Below are positions 62,826-64,000 of a stretch of 64,000 bases of DNA, piece after piece. The translations under genes and the position numbers were made by a program. The first letter of the stretch is position 1; every line of letters begins with the position of its first letter. This DNA comes from Spirochaetia bacterium. Its GTDB lineage: Bacteria; Spirochaetota; Spirochaetia; SZUA-6; Bin103. The stretch covers positions 160,001 through 224,000 of the forward strand of contig CBDAOI010000002.1 of NCBI GenBank assembly GCA_965198005.1, in the 5' to 3' direction. A model generated the notes under the pieces. That model ran no database searches and had not been told where the DNA came from. It saw only the letters and a program-made list of their open reading frames with translations.

Positions 62826-64000
62826 CACAGTCTCCCTGCGCGCAACAGCGCGGCGCCGCGTTCCGCCCACTCGGTGCCGGGGAACGCATCCTGCAGGCGG
62901 GTGACCACCTCGGTCGCGTCGGACACGCGGCCGGCCTGAATCATCACCTCGGTCGCCCGCACCAGGGCACCGGCCATGAGGTCGCGATTGGTCCGGGCCA
63001 GAGAGGCCGCGTCCAGGTAGAGGTCGGCGGCCACGGCCAGGTCGCCGTTCCGGCGGTGGTACTCGCCGGCCAGGTACTGCGCCTCGGCCGCGGTCTCGGT
63101 GTCGCTCCGGTAGTTCGCCACCTCTTCCAGCAGCGGCAGCGCCAACGCGCGCGGCCGGTCCGCCTCGAACACGTAGATCCGTGCCAACTCCAGGCGCGCC
63201 TCCCGCCCGGTGCGGGTCTCGGCACCGCCGGCGCTGATCGCGGCCACCAGCGGCGCCTCCTGCTCATCCACGCCCAGGGCCAGCAGCCGCACCTCCTCCA
63301 GCCGCGCGGCCGCCTCCTGACCGAGCTGATCGTCGGCATAGCGGCTCGCGAGCTCGTTCAGGTAGGTCAGCGCGCGCTGATAGTCGGCCTGTTCGATGTA
63401 GCCTTCGGCCGCTTCCTTCAGGGCATTGCGGCGGAACTGGCTGTCCGGCAGCTCGTCGATCAGCAGCTCCCACAGCAGAATGGCGCGCAGCGGCTCGCCC
63501 GCCTGCCGGCTGGCGACACCGCCCCAGTACAGGGCGCCGTCCAGCGATTGGCCGTTCGGGTAGTCGCTGCGGTAGGTCGCGAACGCATCGCGCGCGGCCG
63601 CCGCCTCGCCCTCTTCGTACAGCAACTCGGCCCGGCGGTAGCTCGCGTTCTCCGCTACCTCACTGTCCGGGTAGCTGCGCACCACGTCGGCGTAGGCGCG
63701 AATCGCGTCCCGCGAGCGCCCGGCGAGCGCCATCACGCCGGCCAGCTCGTAGGTGGCGTCGCCGCCCTCCTCGGTGCCCGGATAGCGCGTGGCGACCGCC
63801 CGGAACTGGCGTTCGGCCAGCACCAGATCGCCACTGTTGGCGTAGCTTCGTCCGGCAAACAGACCGGCGCGGGGAGCGTCATCCGAATCGCTGTTGGCGA
63901 CGCGGATGAACGCCAGCGCGGCGGCCCCGTAGTCCTCGATGCTGAAGGCGGCCTGGCCGGCGAGGAAGCCGGCGCGGTGCTCCAGCTCGTGGCCCGGGAA
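62825..64000 (-). CDS. TPR-repeat protein (BamD/CpoB-like repeats), 5' end outside the window
   Basis: Open frame to the window edge; repeated YP.S...A.Y motifs. Confidence 0.85.
   Translation of the reverse strand, partial: FPGHELEHRAGFLAGQAAFSIEDYGAAALAFIRVANSDSDDAPRAGLFAGRSYANSGDLVLAERQFRAVATRYPGTEEGGDATYELAGVMALAGRSRDAIRAYADVVRSYPDSEVAENASYRRAELLYEEGEAAAARDAFATYRSDYPNGQSLDGALYWGGVASRQAGEPLRAILLWELLIDELPDSQFRRNALKEAAEGYIEQADYQRALTYLNELASRYADDQLGQEAAARLEEVRLLALGVDEQEAPLVAAISAGGAETRTGREARLELARIYVFEADRPRALALPLLEEVANYRSDTETAAEAQYLAGEYHRRNGDLAVAADLYLDAASLARTNRDLMAGALVRATEVMIQAGRVSDATEVVTRLQDAFPGTEWAERGAALLRAGRL

Overview
High-GC bacterial chromosome segment, most likely Spirochaetota (SpiroCoCo-type coiled-coil gene, spirochaete-style M23 and ABC solute-binding proteins; inferred, no search run). 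About 1-43.5 kb is a heavily rearranged accessory region: nested IS elements (an IS66 carrying DUF4338 inside an ISNCY/IS4-like element, a 5.25 kb IS21 with target-site duplication, IS5, IS1634, IS1595, IS110), three direct gene duplications bracketing cargo, many pseudogene fragments, an ATPase-less peptide-type ABC cassette, toxin-antitoxin remnants and candidate defence modules (dual-OB + 2x DUF488, wHTH-NDT-like, tandem stand-alone TIRs, paired Pol-beta nucleotidyltransferases). About 43.5-64 kb is core genome (TPR lipoprotein, acyltransferase, M23, tatD, purD, rlmB, MTase, kinase, dnaJ-dnaK-grpE, Ca/Na antiporter, HAD, tonB-exbD-exbB, TPR). The most striking signal is an IS110 system: an intact recombinase with a two-loop bridge-RNA-like region, a recombinase-less sister element whose guide co-varies with its own end, an unusually long hairpin-forming junction that the left and right guides appear to read on the same strand, and 56/61-bp ends-only derivatives stacked in a UvrD gene whose empty alleles are also in this window. 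All family calls come from motif recognition by eye.
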